From contig NZ_JBFIIH010000005.1 in the NCBI RefSeq assembly GCF_041601355.1, positions 5-64,004 of the forward strand: DNA of 64,000 nucleotides. The letters are read 5' to 3'. This document shows, one piece after another, positions 49,092 through 58,919 of this stretch. How positions within the stretch are numbered: the first letter of the stretch is position 1; every line of letters starts with the position of its first letter. The stretch comes from Neptunomonas sp. GTDB taxonomy: Bacteria; Pseudomonadota; Gammaproteobacteria; Pseudomonadales; Balneatricaceae. The notes below the pieces were generated by a model. The model searched no databases and was not told the origin of the DNA. It saw nothing but the letters and a program-made list of their open reading frames with translations. The translations under genes were made by a program, and so were the position numbers.

Positions 49092-50633
49092 TTAAGTCCT
49101 CTCAGCAACGCTCTCAACAGCGTTCACTGGATTCTTAATTGGTTTTTTGATGGCGAGGAAGTAAACGAAAATGAGTGTGAGAACAACAAAGAACAAACTA
49201 TCCAGATTAGTAAAGAACGTCATTGGATTGCCATTCGAGAGAGCCAGCGATCGGCGCAAAAACTCTTCCAGATTAGGGCCGAGAATAAACCCAAGCAACA
49301 GTGTTATCACCGGGAAGTCATTCTTTCTCATGTAGTAAGCCACTACCCCCATTACCAACGCCATGATCATCTGGAAGGTTGAGTAAGTAGCAACATAGCT
49401 GCCTACCACCGCGAGCAGAGCGATAGCACCATAGAGGACATCCTTACGGATCGCGACAATCTTAATGAAGTAAGGACCGAGTAAGAACAGCGTTAATGGA
49501 ATCAATACGACCGCACTAAATAATAAAGAGGCCAGCATCGGTGCAATCAAATCCGCTTGCCCAGACATCAACTGAGGACCAGGTTGAATCCCGTTGATAA
49601 CGAGCACGCCGAGCATGATTGCAGTGATCGGATCGCCAGGAATACCAAACGTCAGCATCGGCACTAAAGCGCCACCACAAACCGCATTATTGGCTGTTTC
49701 GGATGCCGCGATCCCTTTAGGATTACCTTTACCGAAGCTTTCAGGGTTCGATGAGGTGCGAACCGTTTCAACGTAAGCAAGGAAGCTCCCCATAGATCCG
49801 CCCGCCCCTGGAAGCGTACCGACAGAATAACCAATCAACGCCGACTTGACGTAACAAACGATCCCAATTTCGCGAATAGACGCTAATGGCGGGATGAAAT
49901 CCCGACGTCTGATTTTAACACTACTGATGGCTTCTGTGGTTAGACGAGCCTCTTTTGCAGCATTAGCCTGAGTCAATATTTCACTAATGGCAAAGGTACC
50001 GATAATCACCGGCATCAGATCGATACCTGCGGTGAGATCGCTTAATCCGAATGTGAAACGAGTGACCGGTTCCATCGCATCCAGACCTATCGTTGCCAAC
50101 ATTAAACCGATGCATGCTGCCATGGCCGCTTTGATCATTTTTCCGCGTTGAGCGATAACGATAACGATAATCGCAAAAGCCAACAGTGAAAATTTACCGG
50201 TGGTTTGCACCAGCAGTGATGCTTTGGCAATAAATGGCGCGATGGCGATGAGTAAAATGGCACCTAACGCGCCGCCCACCATAGAACCGAAAGCCGCGTG
50301 ACCCAGCGCTAATGCGCCTTTGCCTTGCTGCTGCAGCGGATAGCCATCCAGAGCTGTCATCATTGATGACGGTGCCCCGGGAATGTTTATCGTCGTGGCC
50401 GTGATGCTGCCACCACACATTCCCGCCATATAAATACTGGAACAGGCCATTAATGCGGTAGTGACATCCAGACTGTATGTCAGAGGTAACAGCAACGCTA
50501 ATGCCAAGGTTGCAGTCAGCCCCGGGATGGCGGAAAAAATAGTACCGATGAGAAAACCTGCTACCACGTAGGCCAGTACCACAGGATTTAGCAGAGTTGA
50601 AAAACTACCAGCTACCAGTGTAATAAATTCCAT
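49092..50633 (-). CDS. tctA: Tripartite tricarboxylate transporter large permease TctA
   Basis: 513-aa polytopic protein in TctC-B-A order. Confidence 0.85.
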   Translation of the reverse strand: MEFITLVAGSFSTLLNPVVLAYVVAGFLIGTIFSAIPGLTATLALALLLPLTYSLDVTTALMACSSIYMAGMCGGSITATTINIPGAPSSMMTALDGYPLQQQGKGALALGHAAFGSMVGGALGAILLIAIAPFIAKASLLVQTTGKFSLLAFAIIVIVIAQRGKMIKAAMAACIGLMLATIGLDAMEPVTRFTFGLSDLTAGIDLMPVIIGTFAISEILTQANAAKEARLTTEAISSVKIRRRDFIPPLASIREIGIVCYVKSALIGYSVGTLPGAGGSMGSFLAYVETVRTSSNPESFGKGNPKGIAASETANNAVCGGALVPMLTFGIPGDPITAIMLGVLVINGIQPGPQLMSGQADLIAPMLASLLFSAVVLIPLTLFLLGPYFIKIVAIRKDVLYGAIALLAVVGSYVATYSTFQMIMALVMGVVAYYMRKNDFPVITLLLGFILGPNLEEFLRRSLALSNGNPMTFFTNLDSLFFVVLTLIFVYFLAIKKPIKNPVNAVESVAERT

Positions 50634-50636
50634 AAT

Positions 50637-51101
50637 TTAACCCCACAAGGCCGGAAGCCTAACGCCGAAAAGTTGTTCGAATACGATATATCCAAGAGTG
50701 GCTATCACTAGTGAAATCGCTCCCTTTTGAGCGTATTTCCCCTTAGAGGAAAAGACCAATATGATTGCAAAAACAAACAACGCTGAAGAGATAAAATACC
50801 CAACCGTTGAAAAGGCAATAATATAAATGAAGATAGAAACAATAATGACAGGAACGGAAAACTGATTCTCAGCAGCACTGTCTGTCTCTGTTAAGCCGCT
50901 TCTTTTTACTGCGCTGAACTCGTTATAAAATAATACTCCACTAAACAGTACTGAAAACGAACCCAGAATCAGCGGAAAGAAAGAGGGCTGAATACTCCCT
51001 TCTGCAATTGGGTTTCCCAGGTTGATGGCAGTGATGAGATATCCGATGGAAACAGCAAGAATTAACAATTGAAAGATAAGTTTTTTACATAATAAAATCA
51101 T
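50637..51101 (-). CDS. tctB: Tripartite tricarboxylate transporter small subunit TctB
   Basis: About 155 aa with 4 TM segments, between tctC and tctA. Start at MILLCKK (GAGGGA SD), with an alternative start at 51119. Confidence 0.75.
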   Translation of the reverse strand: MILLCKKLIFQLLILAVSIGYLITAINLGNPIAEGSIQPSFFPLILGSFSVLFSGVLFYNEFSAVKRSGLTETDSAAENQFSVPVIIVSIFIYIIAFSTVGYFISSALFVFAIILVFSSKGKYAQKGAISLVIATLGYIVFEQLFGVRLPALWG

Positions 51102-51157
51102 TTTGAGTCCCTCGGGCATCCCCCCGGCAACACTGCAGGAGGATGCACGCTACATCG

Positions 51158-52123
51158 TTATAGGCCTAGTCCGTCCATCACTTTGAATGTTTCTGACTGC
51201 AGCTTATCAATCCAGTTCTGCACATCATTGGCACCCAGCCAGCTTGGCGTTACGCCGGTGCTCGCTACCCAGGTTTGGAACTCTTCGCTCTCGAAGGCAT
51301 GCTTAAAAGACGCTTCCAACTTAACTATTGCCTCTTTAGGGGTGTTCTTAGGCGCAGCCAACAAAACGAAGCTTCCCGTTTCCAGTTCATAGCCCAGAGA
51401 GCTAATAGGCGGAACACCAGGGAACGACGGATTTTGCTCTGAGGACAGCTCTACCAGCCCCTTTGCGTCTCCTGACTCGATAATTCCACTAAAATCACCC
51501 AAGCTTGAAATAGCTGCATCCAACTCACCGGACAACAGTGCTTCGGCCTCGGCGCTGGATGATCCGGGGTAAGTGATGACGTTAAACTTAACCCCCGCTT
51601 GTTGTTCAAGACGACGGATCGCGAGAAAGGGACCAGACCCTTTAGGTGCAACACCCACACGCACGCTATTGGGTTTTGCTTTGGCAGCTTCAATCAGTTG
51701 GTTAAAGTCAGTAAAACCAGAATGCTTAGACACGACAACAGCGTCGGCTTCACGTGTAATTCGGGCAATCGGAGCCATTTTTTCCAGCGAGTAACCGGGA
51801 ACCATGTTGCCACGCGGAAGAGTGATAACACTGTCGTAGGTTAATACACCGACGGTGTGGCCGTCAGGGCGAGCCCGCGTCATCTGCATCAGGCCTGTTG
51901 CGGTAACGGCACCAGGGATGTTTTCGACGTATATAGAGACCAGCATCTGCTGCTCGGCAAGGTTACTGATTTTTCGTGATATGGCATCGGCACCACCGCC
52001 GGCAGGCCAAGGAACGATAAGGCGAATATCGCGTGAAGGATAGTCAGCTGCCGCAACAGTTGAGGTCAGCAAACAAGCACCAATGGCGCAGATGAATTTA
52101 TTTTTTAATCCTGTGAACATCAT
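51158..52123 (-). CDS. tctC: Tripartite tricarboxylate transporter substrate-binding protein TctC (Bug family)
   Basis: Signal peptide followed by DYPSRDIRLIVPWPAGGGADAISR, typical of the Bug/TctC family. Confidence 0.88.
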   Translation of the reverse strand: MMFTGLKNKFICAIGACLLTSTVAAADYPSRDIRLIVPWPAGGGADAISRKISNLAEQQMLVSIYVENIPGAVTATGLMQMTRARPDGHTVGVLTYDSVITLPRGNMVPGYSLEKMAPIARITREADAVVVSKHSGFTDFNQLIEAAKAKPNSVRVGVAPKGSGPFLAIRRLEQQAGVKFNVITYPGSSSAEAEALLSGELDAAISSLGDFSGIIESGDAKGLVELSSEQNPSFPGVPPISSLGYELETGSFVLLAAPKNTPKEAIVKLEASFKHAFESEEFQTWVASTGVTPSWLGANDVQNWIDKLQSETFKVMDGLGL

Positions 52124-52265
52124 AGTGAACTCTCTTTTTATCTTATTTTTATTATTAACAGATAGTCATTGTTGGCGACGATCTATTAAATTTTTCAGGT
52201 ATAAACGATTGGAGATTATCGTTTACCTCAGTCGTCAGATTACTTTTATAATAGTCAGATTACTT

Positions 52266-52988
52266 CTATGCCTTTTGGTTGTTGTACTCCTCCAGCGTTT
52301 CCGGATTAGGCGGATAAAGCCCGATGACTTTGCTGCCGGCACGCACTTTTTCCAGTACGTAATCTTCGTAGAGTTCCATTGCTATCGCCTGCTCGGCAAC
52401 TTCCTCTGCAATCTCTAAAGGTATGACAATGATCCCGTCGCCATCGCCTACTAATACATCGCCCGGATTAACGGCCACTCCGCCACAACCAATCGGCACT
52501 TGAATATCAACCGCATGATGCTTAGTCAAGTTAGTGGGTGCGCTGGGTTTAGCGCAAAAGATTGGCATGTTCATATCGGATGCATCGTCACAATCTCTTA
52601 TGCCTGCATCAGAAACAAAGCCCGCACATTGGCGATACTCCAATCGAGACAGAAGAATGCTCCCGGCAGAGGCTGCGGATGCATCCTGGCGACAATCGGA
52701 TACCAACACCATTCCTGCAGGAACGGTTTCAACAGCCAGGCGCTGAGGATGGACGGGGCTTTTAAAAGCCTCGACAGTATCAACATCTTCGCGTGCCGGG
52801 ATGTAGCGCAACGTAAATGCCTGTCCGACCATCTTCACTTTTTTGTTGTTAATGCGGTTTACACCCTGAATGTACGTGTTGCGCAAGCCTCGTTTGAAAA
52901 GTGCGGTGTGCAACGTAGCTGTCGAGACACGGCGAAGGTCATCAAGCACCTTCTCATCTAACAGCATATATTGATCGCTTGTTGTCAT
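52266..52988 (-). CDS. RraA-family protein (HMG/CHA aldolase / oxaloacetate decarboxylase-like)
   Basis: VSTATLHTALFKRGL..., SILLSRLEYRQCAGFVSDAGIRD, and PGDVLVGDGDGIIVIP, the RraA/aldolase fold signature. Confidence 0.75.
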   Translation of the reverse strand: MTTSDQYMLLDEKVLDDLRRVSTATLHTALFKRGLRNTYIQGVNRINNKKVKMVGQAFTLRYIPAREDVDTVEAFKSPVHPQRLAVETVPAGMVLVSDCRQDASAASAGSILLSRLEYRQCAGFVSDAGIRDCDDASDMNMPIFCAKPSAPTNLTKHHAVDIQVPIGCGGVAVNPGDVLVGDGDGIIVIPLEIAEEVAEQAIAMELYEDYVLEKVRAGSKVIGLYPPNPETLEEYNNQKA

Positions 52989-53290
52989 ATATTTTACCTC
53001 GGTCAGAAAAAACAGTAATCGAACTGTACGCCATTAAAAATTACAAATCAAACAACTTTTTACAACTTTTTACTTTTTTGTAATAAGTTGTTGTATCTTT
53101 ACTCTTATCCATCCAGTCGTATATGCCGCTTAATAACAAATACAGGCTTGTGAAAAAACTATCCCTGGTGTTAAAATTGAGACAATTAGTGACCATTTAG
53201 TCTGATTTTACCCGTAAAAAGCCAACATTTAATGAAGATACTGTTAATCGCTTTATAAATGAACTTTTCAGGATGAATGGTTAATTATAG

Positions 53291-53320
53291 TTGACAAAAG
53301 TTGTCTTTTTTAGCTTTAAT
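53291..53320 (+). promoter_or_regulatory. Candidate sigma-70 promoter with an overlapping palindromic operator for the GntR-family gene
   Basis: TTGACA (53291-53296), 18 nt, then TTTAAT. The palindrome GACAA-aag-TTGTC (53293-53305) overlaps the -35. Confidence 0.45.
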
Positions 53321-53363
53321 ACTACCTTCGGTTGTTATAACTATGCGAATGCAAGTACCAGAA

Positions 53364-54050
53364 ATGAGTCAGTCGCTCTCGTCGGTGGTTTATCAGAAGA
53401 TTCTGATTTCCATCATCAGTGGGGAATACCCTGCAAATGAAAAGCTTCCGAGCGAGGCTAAGCTTTGTGAAAAGTACAGCGTTTCTCGACCCGTGTTGAG
53501 AGAGGCCTTAACACGACTTAAAGAGGATAACTTAATTGTATCCCGGCGTGGATCAGGTAGTTTTGTCATTAAGCGTCCAGATGATGCTGTCCTCTCCTTC
53601 TCTAAAATATCCAGCATTTCTGATATTCAGCGGTGTTTTGAGTTCCGTACCAGTCTTGAAGGTAATGCCGCAGGGCTCGCCGCTACCCGGCGAACAGCCG
53701 AACAGCTGGGTCGCATCGTTGCCGCAGCAGAAAAAATCAATGAAGCGAATAAGCTTCATGCCCTCGCCAGTGACGAGGATTTTGAATTCCATCTCGCTAT
53801 TGCCGAGGCTGCTAACAATAAATATTACACGACGGTGATGAAATCGCTGCGAGAGAACATTAAAGAGGGGATGAATATTACCCGGACGTTATCCTTGCGA
53901 TCGTCGAATAATCGCATGGATCTGGTTCAGGATGAGCATGACACCATTTTGAAATATATCATCGATGGTGATGCCCAGAAAGCGGAAGCCGCGATGAAAG
54001 CGCACCTCAACAATGCCAGAATCAGGATGTTTGAGGGAACCGATAGCTAA
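53364..54050 (+). CDS. GntR/FadR-family transcriptional regulator
   Basis: Winged HTH (LPSEAKLCEKYSVSRPVLREALTRLKEDNLIVSRRGSGSFV) followed by an FCD-type helical domain. Start set at MSQSL. Confidence 0.88.
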   Translation: MSQSLSSVVYQKILISIISGEYPANEKLPSEAKLCEKYSVSRPVLREALTRLKEDNLIVSRRGSGSFVIKRPDDAVLSFSKISSISDIQRCFEFRTSLEGNAAGLAATRRTAEQLGRIVAAAEKINEANKLHALASDEDFEFHLAIAEAANNKYYTTVMKSLRENIKEGMNITRTLSLRSSNNRMDLVQDEHDTILKYIIDGDAQKAEAAMKAHLNNARIRMFEGTDS

Positions 54051-54125
54051 ACATTTACCTCATATTTACATGCCCTCCTGAATGTGTCAGAACGTCGCTA
54101 CTGAGGGCTTTCAGGACGACTATTA

Positions 54126-55088
54126 ATGACATCAGATTTTGCTACTGCATTGCCAAATGTGTTGGTTATCTGGCCTAACCGGCCATCCCAAATGGCTCAT
54201 CTTGAAGCGACATATAAGCTGCACCGGCTTGACCTATGCAGCAATCCCGAAGCGATGATCGAAACTATTGGTGACAGTATCACGGCGGTTGTCACTACAG
54301 GGATAAAGGGACTCTCCAGTGACCTGATAAAGCGGCTTCCTAATCTTAAAATCGTTGCCTCATCAGGTGTTGGTTACGATAGTATCGATGTCGCACTGTG
54401 CTCCGAGTTAGGCATTCATGTGACCAATACGCCTGATATACTAACCGATGATGTAGCAGATATAGCCATCGCGTTAATGCTGGCACAGCGTCGCGGTATA
54501 GTGTTGGGTGATCGTTGGATCAGAGAGGGTTGCTGGGCACAACAAGGCCCGATGCTACTCACCAGCTCAATACGGGGTAAGCGCTTGGGGATTGTCGGTT
54601 TGGGACGAATTGGTAAGGCCATAGCGGCTCGGGTTGAGCCGATGGGGGTGCAGATCGCTTACTTTGGCCGTCGCCCTCAAGCTGATAATGTATATGATTT
54701 TAAACCCAAGTTGATCGATCTTGCGCACTGGGCGGATATCTTGGTTTTGGCATGCCCTGGTGGTGAGGCCACCCATCATTTAATTAATGCGGAAGTATTG
54801 GCGGCATTAGGGACTAACGGCACCTTGATTAATGTAGCGCGTGGGTCGGTCGTCGACCAACAGGCTCTGATTGATGCGCTAACCACTAATAGCATTGCCG
54901 GAGCAGGGCTGGATGTTTTTACCACTGAACCACATGATGGCCGGGCCTTTGCTGGATTGGATAACGTGGTGTTATACCCTCACCACGCCAGCGGCACTAT
55001 TGAAACTCGTGATGCGATGGCGCAGCTGGTAGTCGACAATCTTGAAGCACATTTTGCCGGACGCGCGCTGTTAACCGCGATTAATTGA
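54126..55088 (+). CDS. D-isomer-specific 2-hydroxyacid dehydrogenase (glyoxylate/hydroxypyruvate reductase-like)
   Basis: NAD motif GIVGLGRIGKAIA, and the catalytic context INVARGSVVD...LDVF..EP...HHAS. Confidence 0.88.
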   Translation: MTSDFATALPNVLVIWPNRPSQMAHLEATYKLHRLDLCSNPEAMIETIGDSITAVVTTGIKGLSSDLIKRLPNLKIVASSGVGYDSIDVALCSELGIHVTNTPDILTDDVADIAIALMLAQRRGIVLGDRWIREGCWAQQGPMLLTSSIRGKRLGIVGLGRIGKAIAARVEPMGVQIAYFGRRPQADNVYDFKPKLIDLAHWADILVLACPGGEATHHLINAEVLAALGTNGTLINVARGSVVDQQALIDALTTNSIAGAGLDVFTTEPHDGRAFAGLDNVVLYPHHASGTIETRDAMAQLVVDNLEAHFAGRALLTAIN

Positions 55089-55121
55089 AGTGCGGCTCAA
55101 GACTGACTAACGAAACTAACG

Positions 55122-55151
55122 TATAAAATTTACGATTTCGTAAATTTTATA
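55122..55151. other. Perfect AT-rich palindrome (14-bp arms, 2-nt centre)
   Basis: TATAAAATTTACGA-tt-TCGTAAATTTTATA, 34 nt after the dehydrogenase stop. No T-run follows. Confidence 0.5.
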
Positions 55152-55409
55152 CTGGAGAGAGCGGAAACCTTCCCGTTCCGGCAATCAAAGAATCAATTTC
55201 TGCAAGGCCATCCGTTTTATAGCACATTTTTTTGGGTTGGTCGCCAAGCGCTATTCAGCATTGGCGAGTTGAATTGGCTTACCACTATCAGCATATGGCC
55301 GCCTCTCACCGTACAAGCATAAGTGTTACACTTGTTATCTAAAATCCGTTATTGCATCGAATTTGTCCTTAAGACATTGTCGTCAAATATAACAAGGAAC
55401 CTGTGCGTT

Positions 55410-56120
55410 ATGCCGTGTCTTTCCGTTATGCCGTGTAAATCGTTAACCTATCTCTTCTTGCTACTCTGTGCTTGCGGCTTCTCGACAACGCTTTTTGCCC
55501 ATGGTGTTGATGACAGTACTAAGCAGTTTTTACTGGCGAACCAAGGCGTTTCAATCATTCCTTATATGTATATTGGCGCCAAGCACATGGTGACCGGTTA
55601 CGATCATTTGCTCTTTCTTATAGGGGTTATCTTTTTCCTTTACAGATCTAAAGACGTCATAGTGTATGTGACACTCTTTACTATCGGCCATAGCTTAACC
55701 CTGATGTTCGGTGTCCTGTATGACATTGCCATGAATGCTTATTTAATTGATGCGATTATTGGATTTTCTATCATCTATAAAGGGTTCGACAACCTGGGAG
55801 GCTTTAAGCGGCTATTTGGCTTCCAGCCGAATACCAAAGCGGCGGTGATGATTTTTGGCTTATTCCATGGTTTTGGTTTAGCGACCAAAATACAGGAATT
55901 CGAGATCCCGCAGGATGGCTTATTTGAAAATCTTATCGCCTTTAATATAGGCGTTGAGCTAGGCCAGTTTTCAGCCTTGATGTTTGTTCTGATTGCACTC
56001 AGTTTTTGGCGACGGCACCCTAGTTTTTTGCGATTTTCAACGGCAACCAATGCGCTTCTCATGAGTAGCGGTGTGATGCTGGTTGGCTTCCAACTCACTG
56101 GATTTTTTACAACGGTTTAA
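55410..56120 (+). CDS. HupE/UreJ-family membrane protein (metal transporter-like)
   Basis: Signal-like N-terminus ending FAHG, then GYDHLLFLIGVIFFL, TIGHSLTL and FGLFHGFGLA, typical of HupE/UreJ. The start is ambiguous because ttatgccgtgt is duplicated, giving ATGs at 55410 and 55428. Confidence 0.8.
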   Translation: MPCLSVMPCKSLTYLFLLLCACGFSTTLFAHGVDDSTKQFLLANQGVSIIPYMYIGAKHMVTGYDHLLFLIGVIFFLYRSKDVIVYVTLFTIGHSLTLMFGVLYDIAMNAYLIDAIIGFSIIYKGFDNLGGFKRLFGFQPNTKAAVMIFGLFHGFGLATKIQEFEIPQDGLFENLIAFNIGVELGQFSALMFVLIALSFWRRHPSFLRFSTATNALLMSSGVMLVGFQLTGFFTTV

Positions 56121-56129
56121 GGTGACATT

Positions 56130-56699
56130 ATGACTCAACCAGAACAAACCGGAAGTGATCAGCATGAGCTGGAGCATTCGGTACAATCAACCCAAACGTT
56201 AGTTAAAGCCAGTGCCTTTGCCGGGCTTTTTGGGGCCCTTATATTAACAGTGGCGATACTACCTGCCGAATATAATATTGACCCTACGGGTATAGGGGCC
56301 TATCTAGGGTTAACCAAGTTAGCAAATGCAGCCCCTCTAGAGCCGACTACGCAGACAGTGACGGGGCAAACTGGCGAGTCCCAAAAGCACAGTACTGAAA
56401 TTACTATTCCAGCAGGTAAGGGCTTGGAATATAAGCTCAGTATGTTGAAAGGTGAAGCCATCCGTTATTCTTGGAATTCAACGGGTGGGGAGCTGTTTTT
56501 CGATTTCCACGGTGAGCCCAAAGGCGATACGACAGGTTATTTTGAAAGCTATACGATTAGTACATCCGATACCATCAAAGGTTCGCTAACAGCCCCCTTT
56601 GATGGGTCGCATGGCTGGTATTGGGAGAATAGAGCGAGTTCGCCTATTACCGTATCACTGAAAATCGAAGGGAACTATGAAATTATTGGCATCAAGTAG
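56130..56699 (+). CDS. Hypothetical single-TM protein with a beta-rich C-terminal domain
   Basis: 189 aa, 10 nt after the HupE-like gene. It has one TM segment (FAGLFGALILTVAIL), and its C-terminus looks like a beta-sandwich (YKLSMLKGEAIRYSWNS...FDFHGEP...HGWYWEN). Confidence 0.6.
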   Translation: MTQPEQTGSDQHELEHSVQSTQTLVKASAFAGLFGALILTVAILPAEYNIDPTGIGAYLGLTKLANAAPLEPTTQTVTGQTGESQKHSTEITIPAGKGLEYKLSMLKGEAIRYSWNSTGGELFFDFHGEPKGDTTGYFESYTISTSDTIKGSLTAPFDGSHGWYWENRASSPITVSLKIEGNYEIIGIK

Positions 56700-56787
56700 G
56701 CGCAACTCAATTAGTCGCATCACTTGATGAAACTAAGTGACAACTTTAATCTATTTACCTGAGAAGTCTTATATATTTCATATGTGC

Positions 56788-58179
56788 TTAGGCAGTTTTT
56801 GGAAAGGTAATCCGAAAGCTCGTGCCTTCAATCGTCGATGTCACTGATATTTCGCCATTATGAGCTACGACGATTGCTCTGGTAATTGCCAAACCTAAGC
56901 CAGATCCTTCCGAGTCACCTTTCACTCGATTCTTATCAACCCTGTAAAAACGCTCAAACAGATGAGGGATGTCCTCTACCGGTATAGGGACACCTGCATT
57001 ATTAACTATCAGCAAAACGGACTCAGAAGCAGATTCAATCTGGACGTCAATCGCTCCATGGGCCGGTGTGTAACGTATGGCATTAGATAATAAGTTATTG
57101 ATAACACGGCGGATCATTAAACGATCCCCTTTGATCCGGCCTTTCCCTGTTACGCGTAGGTAAATTTGTTGATCCTCGGCTAATGCATCATAAAACTCAA
57201 ACACATCAGCCACCTCTTCATCGAGTGCGATAATTTCATTTGAAGGCAGCGTTAATCCGTGATCCGCTTTAGCAAGAAAAAGCATGTCAGAAATCGTACG
57301 TGATAATCGCTCATACTCTTCTGCATTAGAAGCAAGAATAGCCTGATAAGTCCGCACATCTCTAGGAAAACTCAATGCCACATGTGTTTGCGTCATGAGG
57401 TTGCTGACAGGGGTTCTGAGCTCGTGAGCTATATCGGAAGAAAACTCCGATAGACGCCTGAACGCATCTTCTAACCGCGCTAACATTTGGTTAAGAGCAT
57501 TCGCCAACTCTGAGATTTCGACCGGAACATTTTCAACAGGCATACGCTTATCTAACTGGTTTGCTGTCACCGCTAATGCACGTTTTTTCATTTGATATAG
57601 GGGTAACAAACCTCGTTTCGCCGCTAACCAACCGAGAAGACCACTGATTAATGCAGCAATAACAACATACACCAACAGGGCTCCCTGAAAGCGCGACATA
57701 AAGAGATCATGATGATTAATATTTAGTGCTACCAATATGATAATGGGTAACTCAGGCTGGTTTGTTACATTTATTGTAACAACAAGCCCTCGATAGGAGT
57801 GCCCCTCGGCATTCCAGGTAATCGTCTGGGGGGAAGAAGAACCTGATTGTTCTCTTATCATTTTAACGGGGAATTCTACGCCCGCAGAACTATACAGAGG
57901 TACACCTTGCTCGTGCATAACTAAAACCAACAGATCTTTATGCCCAATCAACCCTGATGTTAACTTGTCTAAGAACGGATCTAGTGTATTAGCACTAACC
58001 CCTTTAGAAGCAATACTGCTAACCAGCTGTATTTTCCCTTGTAATGTTTCTTTATCCTCCTCCAAAAAATGCTGCTTTATAGAGAAAACAATCACGACAC
58101 TAAGCCCTAGCAATACAAAGCCCGACACCAATGTATATAAGCCCGTCAGCCGCCAAATTAAAGATAACTTACGATTCAT
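56788..58179 (-). CDS. cusS: Heavy-metal sensor histidine kinase (CusS/CopS family), intact
   Basis: 463 aa with TM1, a periplasmic domain, TM2 and HAMP. H-box [15 protein letters not shown]-box [19 protein letters not shown] and GSGLGLAI. Overlaps the regulator gene by 4 nt. Confidence 0.9.
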   Translation of the reverse strand: MNRKLSLIWRLTGLYTLVSGFVLLGLSVVIVFSIKQHFLEEDKETLQGKIQLVSSIASKGVSANTLDPFLDKLTSGLIGHKDLLVLVMHEQGVPLYSSAGVEFPVKMIREQSGSSSPQTITWNAEGHSYRGLVVTINVTNQPELPIIILVALNINHHDLFMSRFQGALLVYVVIAALISGLLGWLAAKRGLLPLYQMKKRALAVTANQLDKRMPVENVPVEISELANALNQMLARLEDAFRRLSEFSSDIAHELRTPVSNLMTQTHVALSFPRDVRTYQAILASNAEEYERLSRTISDMLFLAKADHGLTLPSNEIIALDEEVADVFEFYDALAEDQQIYLRVTGKGRIKGDRLMIRRVINNLLSNAIRYTPAHGAIDVQIESASESVLLIVNNAGVPIPVEDIPHLFERFYRVDKNRVKGDSEGSGLGLAITRAIVVAHNGEISVTSTIEGTSFRITFPKTA

Positions 58180-58865
58180 AGCTTGTCCGAATCCTCTAAT
58201 ACATACCCCATCCCCCGGAGCGTATGTATTAATTTAGGGCTAAACGGATCATCTACTTTGCTGCGAAGTCGTCGAATAGCGACTTCAATCACGTTAGTAT
58301 CGCTATCAAAATTCATATCCCATACCTGTGATGCAATCAGGGAGCGTGACAAAACCTCACCTTGCCGTCTCATCAACAATTCCAACAACGAAAACTCTTT
58401 AGCCGTCAGGTCGATTCGCAGACCCGCTCTGCTAACCCGTCGGCGTAATAGATCAAGCTCTAAATCTGCAACACTCAATACTGTCACTTCTGACGTGATA
58501 CGCGTGCGTTTTAATAAGGAGCGTATCCGTGCTAAAAGCTCTGAAAAAGCAAAAGGCTTCACTAAGTAATCATCAGCACCTAAGTCAAACCCCTTTACAC
58601 GGTCTTCTACTAGATCGCGTGCTGTTAAAAACAATACAGGCATATCCCTGCCGCTCAGGCGTAATGTTTCTAACACTTTCCAACCATCGAGCCCAGGCAA
58701 CATGACATCAAGAATAACCAAATCATAAGCGTCAACCTGTGTCAGTGCCAAATGAAGACCATCTATGCCGTTACAGGCAAGATCCGTGTTAAAACCCGCT
58801 TCATTAAGTCCCTGCTGAAGAAATTTTCCTGTTTTATCCTCATCTTCTACTACCAGTATTTTCAT
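58176..58865 (-). CDS. cusR: Heavy-metal response regulator (CusR/CopR family)
   Basis: [20 protein letters not shown]...[12 protein letters not shown]...[34 protein letters not shown]. It is a paralog of the regulator at 36665. Start set at MKILVV. Confidence 0.9.
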   Translation of the reverse strand: MKILVVEDEDKTGKFLQQGLNEAGFNTDLACNGIDGLHLALTQVDAYDLVILDVMLPGLDGWKVLETLRLSGRDMPVLFLTARDLVEDRVKGFDLGADDYLVKPFAFSELLARIRSLLKRTRITSEVTVLSVADLELDLLRRRVSRAGLRIDLTAKEFSLLELLMRRQGEVLSRSLIASQVWDMNFDSDTNVIEVAIRRLRSKVDDPFSPKLIHTLRGMGYVLEDSDKL

Positions 58866-58919
58866 AACACACCCAGACGTTTTGAGTGAGTATAAACACA
58901 TAAGCAGTATTAAATGAAA

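Noticed and set aside
49735-49775. tRNA-like GGTTCGA..TCGAACC-type element
   Set aside because: It lies inside the tctA coding sequence, only a short arm-like inverted repeat is present, and no acceptor or anticodon arms can be drawn.
55152-55409. Cobalamin or NiCo riboswitch upstream of the HupE/UreJ-like gene, since these transporters are often riboswitch-controlled
   Set aside because: No B12-box-like GCCACUG element or conserved AGGGAA/GGUG core was seen. Only one modest hairpin is present (TCGCCAA..TTGGCGA). A covariance-model scan would be needed to be certain.
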